Notes: generated from the letters alone by a model not told the origin. Positions 1-13,465 are shown, counted from the stretch's first letter. The stretch: DNA of 64,000 nt from Octopus sinensis (GCF_006345805.1 NC_042999.1:144336001-144400000), one strand, 5' to 3'. Made by a program: numbers and translations.

Positions 1-99
1 TAGAGTTAAAGAAACTGAACTCAAAACCACATAGTCATAAAGTGAACTGCTCAACCACAAAGCTATGCCAGCAAATAAGCCATGTTATGTATGTATATA

Positions 100-320
100 T
101 CATCACCATCATCATTCAATGTCTGCTTTCCATGCTGGCATGGGTTAGACAGCTTGGCTAGAACTGGCAAGCTGGAGAGTTGCACCAGGTTCCAGTTGTC
201 TGTTTTGGCTTGGTTTCTATAGATGAATGCCCTTCTTAACACCAATCACTTCACAGTGTGCTGAGTGCTTTTTATGTGGCACTAGTACAGGTGTGCTTTA
301 CATGGTACTGGCACAGGTGT
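100..320 (-). mobile_element. RTE LINE 3'-UTR fragment with (GAT)n tail
   Basis: Reverse-complement, diverged copy of the terminal module seen at 17460-17643 and 24720-24866. Confidence 0.7.
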
Positions 321-356
321 TTATATACATAGTAGCATAATAAATGAGTGACTTAC

Positions 357-439
357 TTGTATAAGGTTGTTTTGACTTGTTTAAATTCCTGTTCTGTCAT
401 TGGACATGGTAATTTGGTTACATCAGGAATTGGTAAACT
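357..439 (-). CDS. AAK1: AAK1/BMP2K-like kinase exon (post-kinase linker)
   Basis: cctttgtag|...|gtaagt, 83 nt, phase 0 to 2; SLPIPDVTKLPCPMTEQEFKQVKTTLY. It continues in frame after CPVPNMN and resembles the Pro-rich segment that follows NAK kinase domains. Confidence 0.85.
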
Positions 440-1055
440 CTACAAAGGAAAGTGAATAAGTAATCAAAATAAAATGCTTTTTTACAATCAGAAAACTACA
501 TAAAGTTAAAGATGTGTAACACTTGAATTCATCTTCACTTTATAATACACAGTCTTGATATAGAATGAAATTGGCAAGGCAAACTAAGTTCTCAATAAAC
601 AGGTAAAGCTAAATGAAAGCCCAGTGTAAGGTTTGTCATCCTTATATAACTTACATTTAACCTTGAGAGAAAAACAGTTTTTAGCTTTAAATAAATGGTA
701 CTTAGTTCTCAAAAGAGTAAGTCTGCAAGCTAAGTAGAATGTTTTATATAGTTATAAGGCTACATAAATTTTGCACATTGGTATTGTGGACCATATTTTT
801 CACACTGTGCTTTGGTGTAAGGAGAATTTCTCTCTTATAATAAAATATCTAGAGCTGAGCACAGCTAGGTAAGTTACAGTATTTTAGGTAAGGTACAACA
901 GAAAGAATTTCTAGACACTGAACATTAAAAGCCTCAAATTTCAAGGTTAGGTAATATTAAGCCATAACACTCTAGTATTGTCAATTAAGTGAACTTGCTT
1001 TCACCAGGAATCAGATCCATATCCTCATCTTGCTAAGAACTCTTTTTGATACCTA

Positions 1056-1684
1056 TCTGAGGGGAAGTCAAAAATTATCTGCACTTTCACCACAACATAT
1101 CTTTATTATTGTCACGCTGCCTTCTGCACATGTTTGCTTATAGCTGACACAATTATGGTTACATGATCAAAGTTTTAGCTTGATCACTCCGTTTTTCTTT
1201 CTGGCTTTACAGTGTAATCAAGGCCACTCCACTAGCAATATGCAGCAAAATTATCCAAGAGATGATAATGGTGAATCGGTTCTCCATTACCATCTCTCAA
1301 GCTTGCTGAATCTTCTCATCAGTAGTAGAGGTTGACAGGCACCTTGCTTCCTTTTCATGCATCATGATTGTCCGGCTGCTTTTAAACTTCTTGATCCACT
1401 CTAACACACTTCTACATGGTAGTGCACTGTCTCTGTATTGTGCTAAAAGCTTCCAATGAATTTCAGCACCTGACACACTTTCCAACAACTGCTCTTTGTT
1501 CTTCTTTTGTGCACATTGCCAGTGGAGTGGCATTGCTTATATTGTAAAGCCAGAAAGAAAAATGGCATGATCAGGCTCAAACTTCGATCACGTTACCATA
1601 ATAGAAGCATGCACAGAAGGCAATGTGATAATAACAAAGATATGTTATGGCAAAAGTGTAGATAATTTTTAACTTCTCCTCATA
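1056..1684 (-). mobile_element. Mariner-derived fold-back (MITE-like) element with about 180 bp inverted arms
   Basis: Arms 1058-1243 and 1511-1682 are inverted copies beginning with a mariner-type TIR (tgagggg/agaagt(c/t)aaaaattatct), with TA at the right end. The spacer encodes a mariner HTH fragment (LLAQYRDSALPCRSVLEWIKKFKS..STSTTDEKIQQA) on the minus strand. Confidence 0.85.
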
Positions 1685-1689
1685 TAATA

Positions 1690-1895
1690 TTGGTTTCAAA
1701 TTTTGGCTCAAGGCCAGTAATTTGAGGGGAGGGTGGTAAGTTGATTAAATTGAGCCCAGTGTTCAACTGGTACTTACTTTATCAATCCTGAAAGAGTTGG
1801 AAAGCAAAGTCAACCTCAGAGGAATTTGAACTCAGAACATGAAGATGGACTTAATGGTGTTAAGCATTTTGCTCAGCATGCTAACAATTCTACCA
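1690..1895 (-). mobile_element. tRNA-derived SINE (diverged)
   Basis: Reverse complement of the family at 42420-42655 (gagttcaaattcc..ggttgactttgctttcca..gtaccag). Confidence 0.7.
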
Positions 1896-1964
1896 GCTCA
1901 CCACCCTATACTTATCTGTATTTATAATATTAATAGTACGAAATCTAGGCATAGGCTTGGCTAT

Positions 1965-2355
1965 ATAGACACAGGCATGACTGCATAGTTAAGTCCATTT
2001 CCAAAGCACATGATTTCAAATTCAATCCCATTGCATGGCATCTTAGGCCATAGGCCAACCAAGGCTTTAGGAGTGGATTTGATAGATAGAAATTAAAAGA
2101 AGCTTGTTGTGTATATATGTATATGTGTGTATCTCCTGGTCTTGATTTCATGTGATACTTGTAAACAAGCATCACTGTCATACTGGTAGTGCCATTGTTT
2201 TCCAATCTTCTGTGAAAACGCGTTCAGCTATAGGGAAATATTACCTTGATTAAAAAAAAGGCAATGATTGACAACAGGAAAGGCATGCAACCATACAAAT
2301 TATGCCTAAACAAATTCTGCTTGACCCATGCAAGCATGGAAGAATGAGTGTTGAA
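1965..2355 (+). mobile_element. tRNA-derived SINE with RTE-like 3' tail (diverged)
   Basis: The 5' part resembles the SINE at 59267 (ttcaatcccattgc..ggccaaccaaggc..gagtggattt), followed by a central TA/TG tract and a 3' acccatgcaagcatgg tail shared with RTE 3' UTRs. Confidence 0.6.
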
Positions 2356-2635
2356 AATAAAATGAAAAACAAAAGGACCTATAATATCCTTTTGCAAAGA
2401 AATCTTTCTGCTATTCCACCACCTTAATAATAACCATAATACTAACAATAATAAAAATAATTATTTATTAATCACAAATGCCCAAAGATTGAGGTCAGAC
2501 AAGGATGAAACACAAAAAAAAACCATATGGATTAAACTGAGTAAAAAGGAGACAAAAACTAAGACCAACAACTTATCATCTAGGTCTAGGAAAATCATAC
2601 CACATGATCCAAAAGAATTTTAAGGGATAGAATAA

Positions 2636-3202
2636 GTCTCAAACCCCTATCTTGCCCAGGATATTAATCGTCTGGAAACCGTTTAGCAACGTGCAACCAA
2701 GTGAATACCCTCCATCAGGCATTTGCCATATTATGAATGCCTAACTTCCCTGGGCATGGATACATTGAAACTCCAACATCTGACCGCTGACTTTGCAGAC
2801 ACCCATAAAATTATTAACCATCTTACAAACAATAATCTAAGTACCTTTTCAAACTCCATCTGTCTAACACCCGTGGACATGTTTACAAAGTCAGAAAACA
2901 GCACAGCTCCCATCACTTTCGGAAACATTTTTTCACACTAAGAGTTGCTGAAGTATGGAACAAACTGCCAGCATCAATTGTTAGTTGTCGGAGCATTGCA
3001 TCCTTCAAAACTTCCATGCTTCCTGAGATTTGCCAACACTACACCTGATTTTCTCTCCTCCATACACACGCAAGCATGTATCTGACTCATACACTGTTCA
3101 CTTTCCAGACATTTGTACATTACTGCATATGCTTTATACACACTTTTAACAAGTTGTGGTGCACCTGAGCACTGTATACAATAATTTCATTATTATTATT
3201 AT
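2636..3202 (+). mobile_element. CR1-clade LINE 3' fragment with (ATT)n tail
   Basis: Degraded translation NPYLAQDINRLETV*QRATK..LPYYECLTSLGMDTL..NTRGHVYKV..RKHFFTLRVAEVWNKLP..SFK matches the CR1 ORF2 C-terminus; ends in attattattatt. Confidence 0.85.
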
Positions 3203-3664
3203 TTCTACATCTTCTTGTCATTACTTTCCACCATTAACTTACTGTAACCATTACAGGGCTATAAAATGGTTAACAATAGAAAATATCTGCAACTGAGAGA
3301 GGCTAAACAAGACATGGCTGGAGAAAAGCAAAAAAGTGAAAACTAGAGTTAAAGTAATAAACACTTGGAGAAATTTAGTTAAATCCACGAAATGATTGAA
3401 AATATTGAGGAACATTGTATAGACAAGAAAGGAAAACAGAAAAAACATGACAAATGAAAGAAATAATCTGCTAAAAATAACATTCAAATCTCACTCAAAT
3501 TACATTCATTCTATCTTAAATAAAGTAGGCATTGTACAATGTAATTCTTGACTATAAAGATGGGATGGTCACAACTGGAATACATTTGATTATTAGCTTG
3601 CTTGATCAGAGTTGACAAAGGGTTAAACAACAAGAAGCAAACAATAATAGTAGTGTTAGCATCA

Positions 3665-3841
<177 letters not shown>

Positions 3842-3880
3842 TTAAATAACATGAAAATATTGTACTGATGCACTTTTGTA

Positions 3881-4862
3881 CAGGGACTTGCAGATAAATT
3901 CAGACCAATTTTAAGCAGTTGACTTAGTGGGTTTAACATTTCATTTTTTGACAAAACCTTGCTTGCTTGAAAATCTAACCCTCCTTTTTATTTTTCACAT
4001 AAATAGCGAATGATTCAACAACCGAAAGTTATGGAACAACAGAATCGTTCCATCATTGTTGTTTTGGTGTGCACAGAGCACACTGCCCACAAAATTGTTA
4101 AGTTGACAGAACTTCCAAAAGCAACAGTTTATTGTGTGTATAAACAATTTAAAGAAGAAGGAAAGATTGATAGAAAAGAACATGACTCGAAGTGATTCCA
4201 AAAGCAATCCAAAGTTTCTTGCTGGCTGCAAATGCTTGAGTGAAGCCAACCCATCCACATCCATGACAACTCTTGCAAAAAAATGCAATGTGTCCCTTTC
4301 TACAGTGTCCAGAACTGCAAACAGGAACTTTGGCATGACTAGCTATGTTCAGCAATGTTGTCACCTAACAGCCAAGGCTAAAGCAATCAGAACTGAGAGA
4401 TGCCCAAAGCTTCTGTCATTCATCAATCATCAAGATGCAGAAAAAATTCTCATGTTTGTGGACAAGAAGTTCAAAGAAGACACTGAGGTGAATCGATCGC
4501 AGAAATTCTCGAGTGATTGGCATGGGTCAAAAGCAACACGGGCCTTCCTTGGTGAGAAGGTGCCATTTTTTGTGAGAGCCAACATCTGGTTCAGTAATAG
4601 CCTAGATCTCAACATTTTTGATTATATCTTATGAGGCATATTTCAAGCAAGGACCAATGCTTTACCACACTCGAATGTCAACAGTTTGAAGACTGCACCG
4701 TGTGTGTGACACACAAAATCAAAAAATCAGAGGTTGAGGTTGTTGCAAAAAAAATTTCGTCCTTATGTAGAGGCAGTAATTTCCCAAAAGGGCAGCCACA
4801 TTGAGTAATAAATGTTTTTGTTGTAATAAATGTTACATTCAAACTATATTTGTCTACAACTA
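3881..4862 (+). mobile_element. Degraded Tc1/mariner-superfamily (DD37D/maT-like) transposon
   Basis: TA-cagggac start; HTH-like ORFs (LPKATVYCVYKQFKEEG; SMTTLAKKCNVSLSTVSR); WFSNSLDLNIFDY motif; internal deletions and a partial right TIR. Confidence 0.8.
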
Positions 4863-6779
4863 AGTTCAGTCTTTTATAAAAATCACCAAGGGCTGCTTAC
4901 TTCTCACTTTCAAGCTTCCAGTATAATATATTAATAGGTAGTACCTTATTGGTAATACTTCATAACTGCATACAAAATGGATACCATAATATTCGCCAGA
5001 TGCAAAAACAAAACCTGTGGAGAGTAATCTCTCACACCACTGTTTATTGAGTGGCACTACTCTAATTGAGTACTGACCATTTGATTTAAATGTCTCAAAC
5101 AGTTTATGGTAAGAGACTCAAGACATTACTAGTTTTTATGAATATTTTATACTACAATATATTTCCCTTGGACTAAACAAAGTTATGAACTGGAGATATA
5201 TGTTTGAAAATATTTGCCTGTGTCTAATTAATGTAACAATGTATTTAAGAAAAAGTAAAGAAGGAAAAAGTTAAAATGAAGTATGACATATTAAGGCAAA
5301 AGTAAAAACTATTAAGGTGAAAGAAACCTCACTTAGATAGCAAAGAAATTACAATTGATTTTATAGTAGAGGTGTTAACGACAAACAATTATATGAGTGC
5401 ATAAGCGTTCTTGGTAAATAGATATGTGTTAACCCACAAAGTTATATGGTTATGTATTTTTGCAGCAGATATATCTTTTCTTTTTATATATTTTCTTAAC
5501 ACAGACATTACCTTCAAACATACATTGAGTTATGTCCCTTATGATCTGACCTAGTCCTGCTTAACTGGAAGTAACTATCATCATTTCAAATCATTTCCAT
5601 AAACAGTACTGTAAACTATTTTCTTCAGGCTTTTTCCCATCTGGTGAGCCTGTTGTGTAATATAAATTTGCATGTACAAATTATAACCCGTAAAGCACTA
5701 TATTTTCATAAATATTTAGCTCTATTATATGTATACTGAGTACTGTGGTATCAACAATCTATATATAGTAGATTTACTCATTATCCAACTACCTTGTTTA
5801 TTAATCAGACAACAACTAGACCACAGATACTGCAGTTGAGTGCAGGATGCAAACACTGCAGCAGAATGATCAACAGCTTAACAAAAAGAACAGGTGACCT
5901 TTTTTCTGCAGCAAGTTATTACATTCAGAAATGCAAGTTAGGGAATTTAAAACATGAGGTGAACTTAATTATACATCACACAACATATGACATAATTCAT
6001 TTTCTTTATTAGATAAACTTGCAATGAAAATTTGTTTTTTGTTAAGAACAAAAGTTAATGAAAGCACATGATCAGGAACTGGACAATTGTAATTTTGAAT
6101 TTCCTATCTACAGTATAGCTGAGTCACATGTTCTCTCATTCATACATATGCACCTGATAAACTCTGTCATAGACAGAACATGATGGTATTATTTTGACAA
6201 GATTAACAAGTAGTCTGACTAACACATGGCTGAGTGGTTATTAATAGGAAGAGCATTCAGTCATAAAATTATTCGTTCCAACTGATATAAATAACAATCC
6301 CTCCCATTAGTAGTATGGGAAAAAAATGTAACTAGACATTAAAAATCACAAGCCATCAAATAAACAACTAAACTAATTCACTTCCTGCACACAGAATAAT
6401 AATTATATAACTGACTTATTAATGGTTAATTATTTAATGTACGCGAGTTCTGATCCAAGTATTCCTTCTTTCATTCATAACATTACTGATATGAATCTGC
6501 TGAAACTCAAATAGCTTGAGTTCAAATTCATATTACATCTTCCTCTGCATATTTTACATTACATTTAATGAATATTACCATCATTGTTTATAGGTTTTCA
6601 ATGGATGTGTCACTGTTTTACAACAATTACAATTGGAGGAGTAGGATAACAAGAGAGTGTCTGTACAACTCAGCTAGAACCAATACTCTAAGTTATTTTT
6701 TTCAAAATCTTCACTTTATATGTTTTCACAACAATGTGTACATCTTTTACATTGATGAAAGTCACACACACACACACAC

Positions 6780-6960
6780 CCCACCATCATCATCATCATC
6801 ATGTTACATTTGTATTCCATACTAGCAAAATTGCATGGATTGTCACAGTCTGGAGCACTACAGCTTGCTTATATGTCCCATTTTTAACATAACTTCTACT
6901 GTTGAATGCCCTTCCTAACACCAACCATTTTACAACTGTACTGGGTATATTTTATCACAG
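6780..6960 (-). mobile_element. RTE 3'-UTR fragment (diverged)
   Basis: (CAT)n then gaatgcccttcctaacaccaaccattttaca, the reverse complement of the gtggttggcgttaggaagggcatcc module. Confidence 0.65.
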
Positions 6961-8502
6961 AGCCAACACTATAGAGTGTCAGTCCTCAGACATACTAGAG
7001 TCCTCTCAACTCTACATTGTCACCATTCTTCACTAACCACTTGAGAGTGTACACTGAGTGCATTTTATCAGAGTATCAGTACTGGAATGGTTTCTTTGTG
7101 CCCTGTAAGACTAAAGAGTCTTTGCTACTCAGTATGTTTATTCATTTAAGGTAGCAAAACGAAGCAGGTGAATTAAAGAGTGACATAAAATCAGGTGAGT
7201 GGATGAAAGAAGTGAGAATATTGCAGGAGAAATAATGATTAGAGTAAGAGGATGTTAGAAGAGGAAGAAATGGAAGAGAGTGACAGTAGCTACAGATTGC
7301 AGATTGCAACTATGTAATATCAAAACAAGGAAACACAAATACCCTGCCCCACATTATGTTGATTCATTCAGATAATCTCTATTTCTCTGTCTTTGATTTG
7401 TAATTGATTGCATAGTAGACAGCTTCAATAAATAAGTTCTTTAGAATGGAGGTGTTCAAGTCCTTGATACCTAGCTACAAAAATTTGCAGCTGAATTTGT
7501 CTCGAATGGACTAGAGATAATTTTGTCCATTACTGTTTACTAATCATTCTTATATCTATGTTGAGTTCATGAGAGATGACAGGTTTATTAATACCAACAA
7601 TTGTTGATCCTTAAATGGTCACCTGGGTGTGAGTAGTTTCATTCTCTCATCTATATAAATATCCATACACACACACTCAACAAGCTGCTGTACAATTTCT
7701 GCCAACCATATTCTATTTAGAAGTCTCAGGTCAACCAGAGGTTGTCACTGGAGACACTTTACCAAGGTACAACACTGTGACTGAATCCACAAAATTTTTA
7801 CAAAGCAAACTTTTCAACAATTTTAGCAGAAATCCTAATTCTCTACTAACCTAGTTGTTAGAAATAGCAATTAGACCATGTGGAAATGTTTTCCAAGATA
7901 GAATGATGCCCTATCAAGGGGATACTTTTTGTCATATGCTTAATGATATGCCCAATATTAAAGCTAAGCACTAGCTATCAATAACACCTTAGAGTTTTAG
8001 GAAAATTTTTCCCTTCCGGTTCACATCTCTTTTTCTATGCTTTCATGAATAGGAAAATTTTAAGTAAACAATTTACTGCTGAAAACACATTCCATAATTA
8101 ACCCACTCAAAAAACTAAAAGTGTTAACCTGCAGGTCTGAATGAATCAACATGATGAATCTTGCATAGGATTTAATACAATAGCTTTAGTAAAATTGCAA
8201 ATTATGACTATGTGATCAGCATAGTGTAGCAGCTTAACATCACAGTCATTATACCATATATGTTTATTTTTACATACAACATTGGCTGTTGCAGGAGTCT
8301 CACCTTCCTACTTGTCTATCCATTGTCTGCTTCCCATATTACAGTAAGTCTTGTCTAATTTTTAGCATGATGTCCAGTAAGTTTCTTATTGTAGGTCAAT
8401 AAGTATCCATGTTCAATAGAAAACGTGTGATAAAACAGTAAATGATTTACCAAAGACTTGATAACAGTGATATATAAAAAAGAAAATTATGTTTACTACA
8501 TA

Positions 8503-11500
8503 CTGACAGGGTTGGAGGCGTGGGTATACTTATCGCTGAGAAATGGGTAGATAAAGTAATTGAGGTAATCAGAGTATGTGACAGAATACTTAAGATTAGA
8601 TTAGTGCTTCATCATAGATTAGCAACCATTATATCGGCCTATGCCCCTCAGCCAGGGCTACCCGATGGACAGAAAGACAGTTTCTATGATACCCTACTGC
8701 AGACCACCTCATTGACAAACGACAGGGACCTTCTCTTTGTGGCTGGTGATTCAATGGGCATGTTGGACGACATGCTGGGGGCTTCCATGGTGTACATGGA
8801 GGCTACAGTTATGGTTCCCGCAACAAGGAGAGAAACAGGCTGCTGGAGTTCTGCGATGCGAATAGTCTTATGGTTTGCAACACTAACTTCAGGAAACCGA
8901 CAAGCCACCTGGTCACTTACTGATCGGGCCGGCATACTAGCCAAATCGACTACATCCTTGCCAGAAAAAGGGAAAGATGGCTGCTTATAAATGCCAAAAC
9001 CTTCCCAGGTGAAGAATGCACCCCACAACATAGACTGGTAGTTAGTGACTTTAGGATCAGGACTAAGAGGACGACTAGAAGATGACCAACATGGAGAAGA
9101 AGGGTCTGGAAGCTTAAAGACCCTGCGAATGGACAGAGATTTAGAGACATGTTACTTGAAGCCTTTGACAAAATAGAAAGGGGTATAGCTACACATGGGG
9201 TAGAAGACAACTGGACGCTTCTGAGGGACAACCTGCTGAAAGCCACTGACCAGATCTGTGGCTGGTGCAAAGTCCCCCTCAAGACCCAAAATAACATGGT
9301 GGTGGAACAATATTGTTGACAGGGCTATTAGACAAAAGAAACAGGCTTGGAAGGACTGGAAGAACAGTGGTAGCAGGGAAGTGTATCAGACTGCCAGAAG
9401 GGAAGCTAGGAGGCAGGTGTATTTAGCCAGAGGGGAAGCAGATAAGAAAAAATTTGCCAATGTTCTGCGCCGTGAGGATGAAAGACTTGAGGTATTTCGT
9501 GGTGCAAGACAGTGTGTGAGAGAGAATCGTGACGTGGTAGGAGAGAAATGTGTTCGCAAGGATGACGGTTCACTTGCGCTAAATGAGGATGCAAAGAGAG
9601 AGGTTTGGAGACGCCACTATGAAAGGTTGCTGAATGAGGAAAATGAATGGGATAAAGAGAGTCTGCCGAATGTCGACCCAACGGAGGGACCAGCAATCCG
9701 AGTTGACAGTTCCTTAGTATTTAAGGCAATTACAAGCATGAAAACAGAGAAAGCCCCAGGCCCATCAGGAATTACTGCAGAGATGCTCAAAATATCTGGC
9801 AGTGTCGGCTATAACCTAGTCACCCGTATAGTCAACCAGGTGATACACGAAGGAGTCATACCCAATGACTGGTGTAGCAGCATACTAGTCAACTGCTACA
9901 AAGGTAAAGGTGACGCCCTAGATACAAATAACTACAGGGGTATCAAGCTGCTGGATCAGGTAATGAAGGTTATGGAGAAGGTTATAGCCCAACTCATTAG
10001 AGAGAGAGTTAGCTTAGATCAGATGCAGTTTGGGTTCGTGCCAGGGAAAAGTACTACTGATGCTATATTGCTGGTAAGACAGCTGCAGGAGAAATACCTA
10101 GCCAAAGATAAGCCCCTGTACCTGGCTTTTGTTGACATGGAGAAAGCCTTCGACAGGGTCCCCCGATCCCTTATCTGGTGGTCAATGAGGAAACTAGGGA
10201 TAGATGAATGGTTAGTGAGAGCTGTGCGAGTCATGTACAGAGACGCTGCTAATAAGAAGAGGGTTGGCAACGAGTACAGTGAAGAATTCCGGGTAAAGGT
10301 TGGGGTCCACCAAGGTTTAGTCTTCAGTTCCCTCCTATTTATCATAGTCCTCCAGGCAATAACGGAGGGATTCAAGACAGGATGCCCCTGGAAGCTCCTC
10401 TATGCTGATGACCTTGCTCTAATTGCTGAGTCACTATCAGAACTGGAGGAGAAGTTTCAGGTGTGGAAGCAAGGATTAGAATCGAAGGGCCTTAGAATCA
10501 ACCTAGCCAAAACCAAAGTCCTAATAAGCAGGAAGGTAGACCAATCACAAACGACTTCAGGTAGATGGCCCTGCTCGATCTGTAAAAAAGGTGTAGGTAG
10601 AAACTCTATAAGGTGCACCAAGTGTAAGCTATGGACACATAAGAGGTGCAGCAATGTTAAAGGAAGGCTAACTAGGAAAATAGTTTTTGTCTGTGGCAGA
10701 TGCTCAGGAGCAATAAACACTGGAAATGTGCAGAGACCAACTTCTACCACGTTCCAGGGAGACAAACTAGAAGTAGTTGATAGCTTCTGCTACCTAGGTG
10801 ACCAAGTCAGTAGCGGGGGTGGGTGTGCTGAAAGTGTAACTGCTAGAGTAAGAATAGCCTGGGCAAAGTTTAGAGAGCTCTTACCCCTACTGGTGACAAA
10901 AGGCCTCTCGCTCAGAGTAAAAGGCAGACTGTATGATGCATGTGTACGAACAGCCATGCTACATGGTAGTGAAACATGGGCCGTGACTGCTGAGGATATG
11001 CGTAAGCTCGCAAGAAATGAAGCCAGTATGCTCCGATGGATGTGTAATGTCAGTGTTCATAATCGACAGAGTGTAAGTACCTTGAGAGAAAAGTTGGACC
11101 TAAGAAGTATCAGTTGTGGTGTGCAAGAGAGACGTTTGCGCTGGTATGGTCATGTGACGAGAATGGCTGAAGATAGTTGTGTGCAAAAGTGCCACACCCT
11201 AGCAGTTGAGAGAACCTGTGGAAGATGTAGACCCAGGAAAACCTGGGACGAGGTGGTGAAGCACAACCTTCGCACTTTAGGTCTCACTGAGGAAATGACT
11301 AGAGACAGAGACCTATGGAAGTATGCTGTGCGTGAGAAGACCCGGCAAGACTAGTGAGACCATAACCCGTGGCCTCTACCTGGTATGTAGCCAGTCGACT
11401 TATACATACCTATCCTTCTTGGGACACAAAACTCCACTTGTGAAGACCCGTTGAGGCAAGTGAAAATCAAAATCAAAAAAATCAAAAAAATAAAAATCAG

Positions 11501-11800
11501 AATCAAAATCAAATCAAACCAAATCAAATCAAATCAGATATCAGAAAGCAGAACCAAAATCGAAGTCGATCAACATCAATGGAAATTGCGGCTGTGATAC
11601 CAGTGCCGGTGACAAGTGAGCGAACCATCCGATCGTGGCCGTTGCCAGCGCCGCCCTGACTGGCCTCCGTGCCGGTGACACGTAAAAAGCACCATCCGTT
11701 CGTGGCCATTGCCAGCCTCGCCTGGCTCCTGTGCCGGTGGCACATAAAAGGCACCATCCGTTCGTGGCCGTTGCCAGTCTCGCCTGGCCCCTGTGCAGAT
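8503..11800 (+). mobile_element. RTE-clade LINE, 5'-truncated, antisense to host gene
   Basis: APE endonuclease motifs (GVGILIAEKW, IISAYAPQ, AGD(F)N, QIDYIL, QHRLV) broken by frameshifts and stops, followed by an RT ORF (NYRGIKLL, QFGF, AFVDMEKAFD, YADD). The 3' UTR carries (AAATC)n and 62-67 bp GC-rich tandem units. Confidence 0.95.
9258..11354 (+). pseudogene. Residual RTE ORF2: reverse transcriptase with embedded PHD-type zinc finger
   Basis: 698-codon open frame from the ORF track with RT motifs and a C4HC3 finger at 10572-10703. The endonuclease part upstream is frameshifted, and the QGSVLSP motif is degraded to QGLVFSS. Confidence 0.85.
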
Positions 11801-11899
11801 GACTTCTTCTGAGTGCTGTATACTTAGAAGAAATCATCTACTGTCAATAACATAAATATATAATCAAGACAAAACTTACAACTTAAACAAATGGCATCA

Positions 11900-12100
<201 letters not shown>

Positions 12101-12339
12101 TTAACAATTTACTTAGGTAAAGCAACACCACATAGAGGTTTGGCATATTTAAAGAATGAGAATTGTGACATTGCCCTGTTCCTTAAGTATAAATTAATAT
12201 AAAATGCTCTATTTCTTTTTTTTACATTTCATTTTCTATGCTAACTTTAGGTAGAATGGTTATCCATACTACATAATGCAGTAAATAAGGTTTATATGTG
12301 AGAGTTAATACTGAATGTAATGTAAAAGTAGTCATCAGT

Positions 12340-13465
12340 GGTATAGGTCATTCTAATTGCACAAGTTTGTAGAATAACATTCTTTTCTGTTCTTCACTGT
12401 AGGCAAATAATGTGTTCCAAACAGAAGCAACATACCACCACTAAGTTCCTGACAAACAAGGGGTGCAGGTTTTCCGATATCCACAGAAGGTTACACACTA
12501 TTTACAAAGATGCCATCAATGACAAGGGCCTTGTGCCTAGATTGATGAAGTTTAAAGACGAGGAAAACCAGCATTGAAGACAAATTGTGTGGTGAGAAAT
12601 TATTGACTGCAAGCAGTGACATAAAACACCAGCAAATTGATTCATACAGACAAATGAGTACCAATATATAAGCTTGCTGCACAACTGAACTGTGGTCACA
12701 ACACATTACAGAAAACACTGGAAGATATTGGGTATCGGAAAGTGTGTGCAAAGTAGGATAACTTAGCAACTTCAAAGATTTGAAAGGGAGAATGCTGGAA
12801 TTTGCTCTGATGTGCTGGGAGCATTTGAAGTCAATGAAAACAGGTTTTTTTTTTTTACCTCTAGTGACAGGAGATAAAACAAGTATATTTTTATGATCCG
12901 GAAAAGAAGACCCGATCTATGGAATGGCACCACACTCCTTCCCCATGGCCTAAAGTTTTTATGATCCGGAAAAGAAGACTCGATCTATGGAATGGCACCA
13001 CACTCCTTCCCCATGGCACAGAAAGTAATGAGGACTGTGTTGGGAGTTGACAAGGGCATAGTTATCTTGATTTTCTGGAATGTAGCTGTACTGTGAACTG
13101 CAAATAGTACGTTGCGACACTTAAAAAGCTTAGAAAATCCATTAGGAGTAGGAGATGGAACATGACAATGTGTGGCCACACACATCTTTGGCACCAAATC
13201 AGCCAATCCACAAACTGGGCCAGTCAGCAGTCTGCCATTCACTGTACAGCTTGGATCCAGTTCCCACTGACTTCTAGAAGAGGTGAAAGTGGTTGTAAAA
13301 AAATGGGTACAACAGCACACAACTGAATTTTTTCAAAGAAGATTTGAGAATTGGGGTCAAGCATGGTGCAAATGCATTGCTTGTGATGGTGAATTATTCA
13401 ACCAACATGTAATTTGAACAGCTTATGTCAGTTAATAAAGGTCATACTAACTTTTGCATTAGCTT
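12340..13465 (+). mobile_element. Degraded mariner transposon
   Basis: Remnants TGDKT..YDPEKKTRSMEWHH, a YSLDPVPTDF-like (YSPDLAP) motif, and WCKCIACDGE near the end; many stops and indels; boundaries approximate. Confidence 0.8.
12886..13021 (+). repeat. 68-bp tandem duplication inside the mariner relic
   Basis: atgatccggaaaagaagac(c/t)cgatctatggaatggcaccacactccttccccatggc occurs at 12893 and 12961. Confidence 0.95.

Noticed and set aside
11629-11800. GC-rich 62-69 bp tandem units (also 17276-17460) that superficially resemble a CRISPR array
   Set aside because: Whole units repeat with no unique spacers, there are no cas genes, the context is eukaryotic, and the units belong to the RTE 3' UTR.
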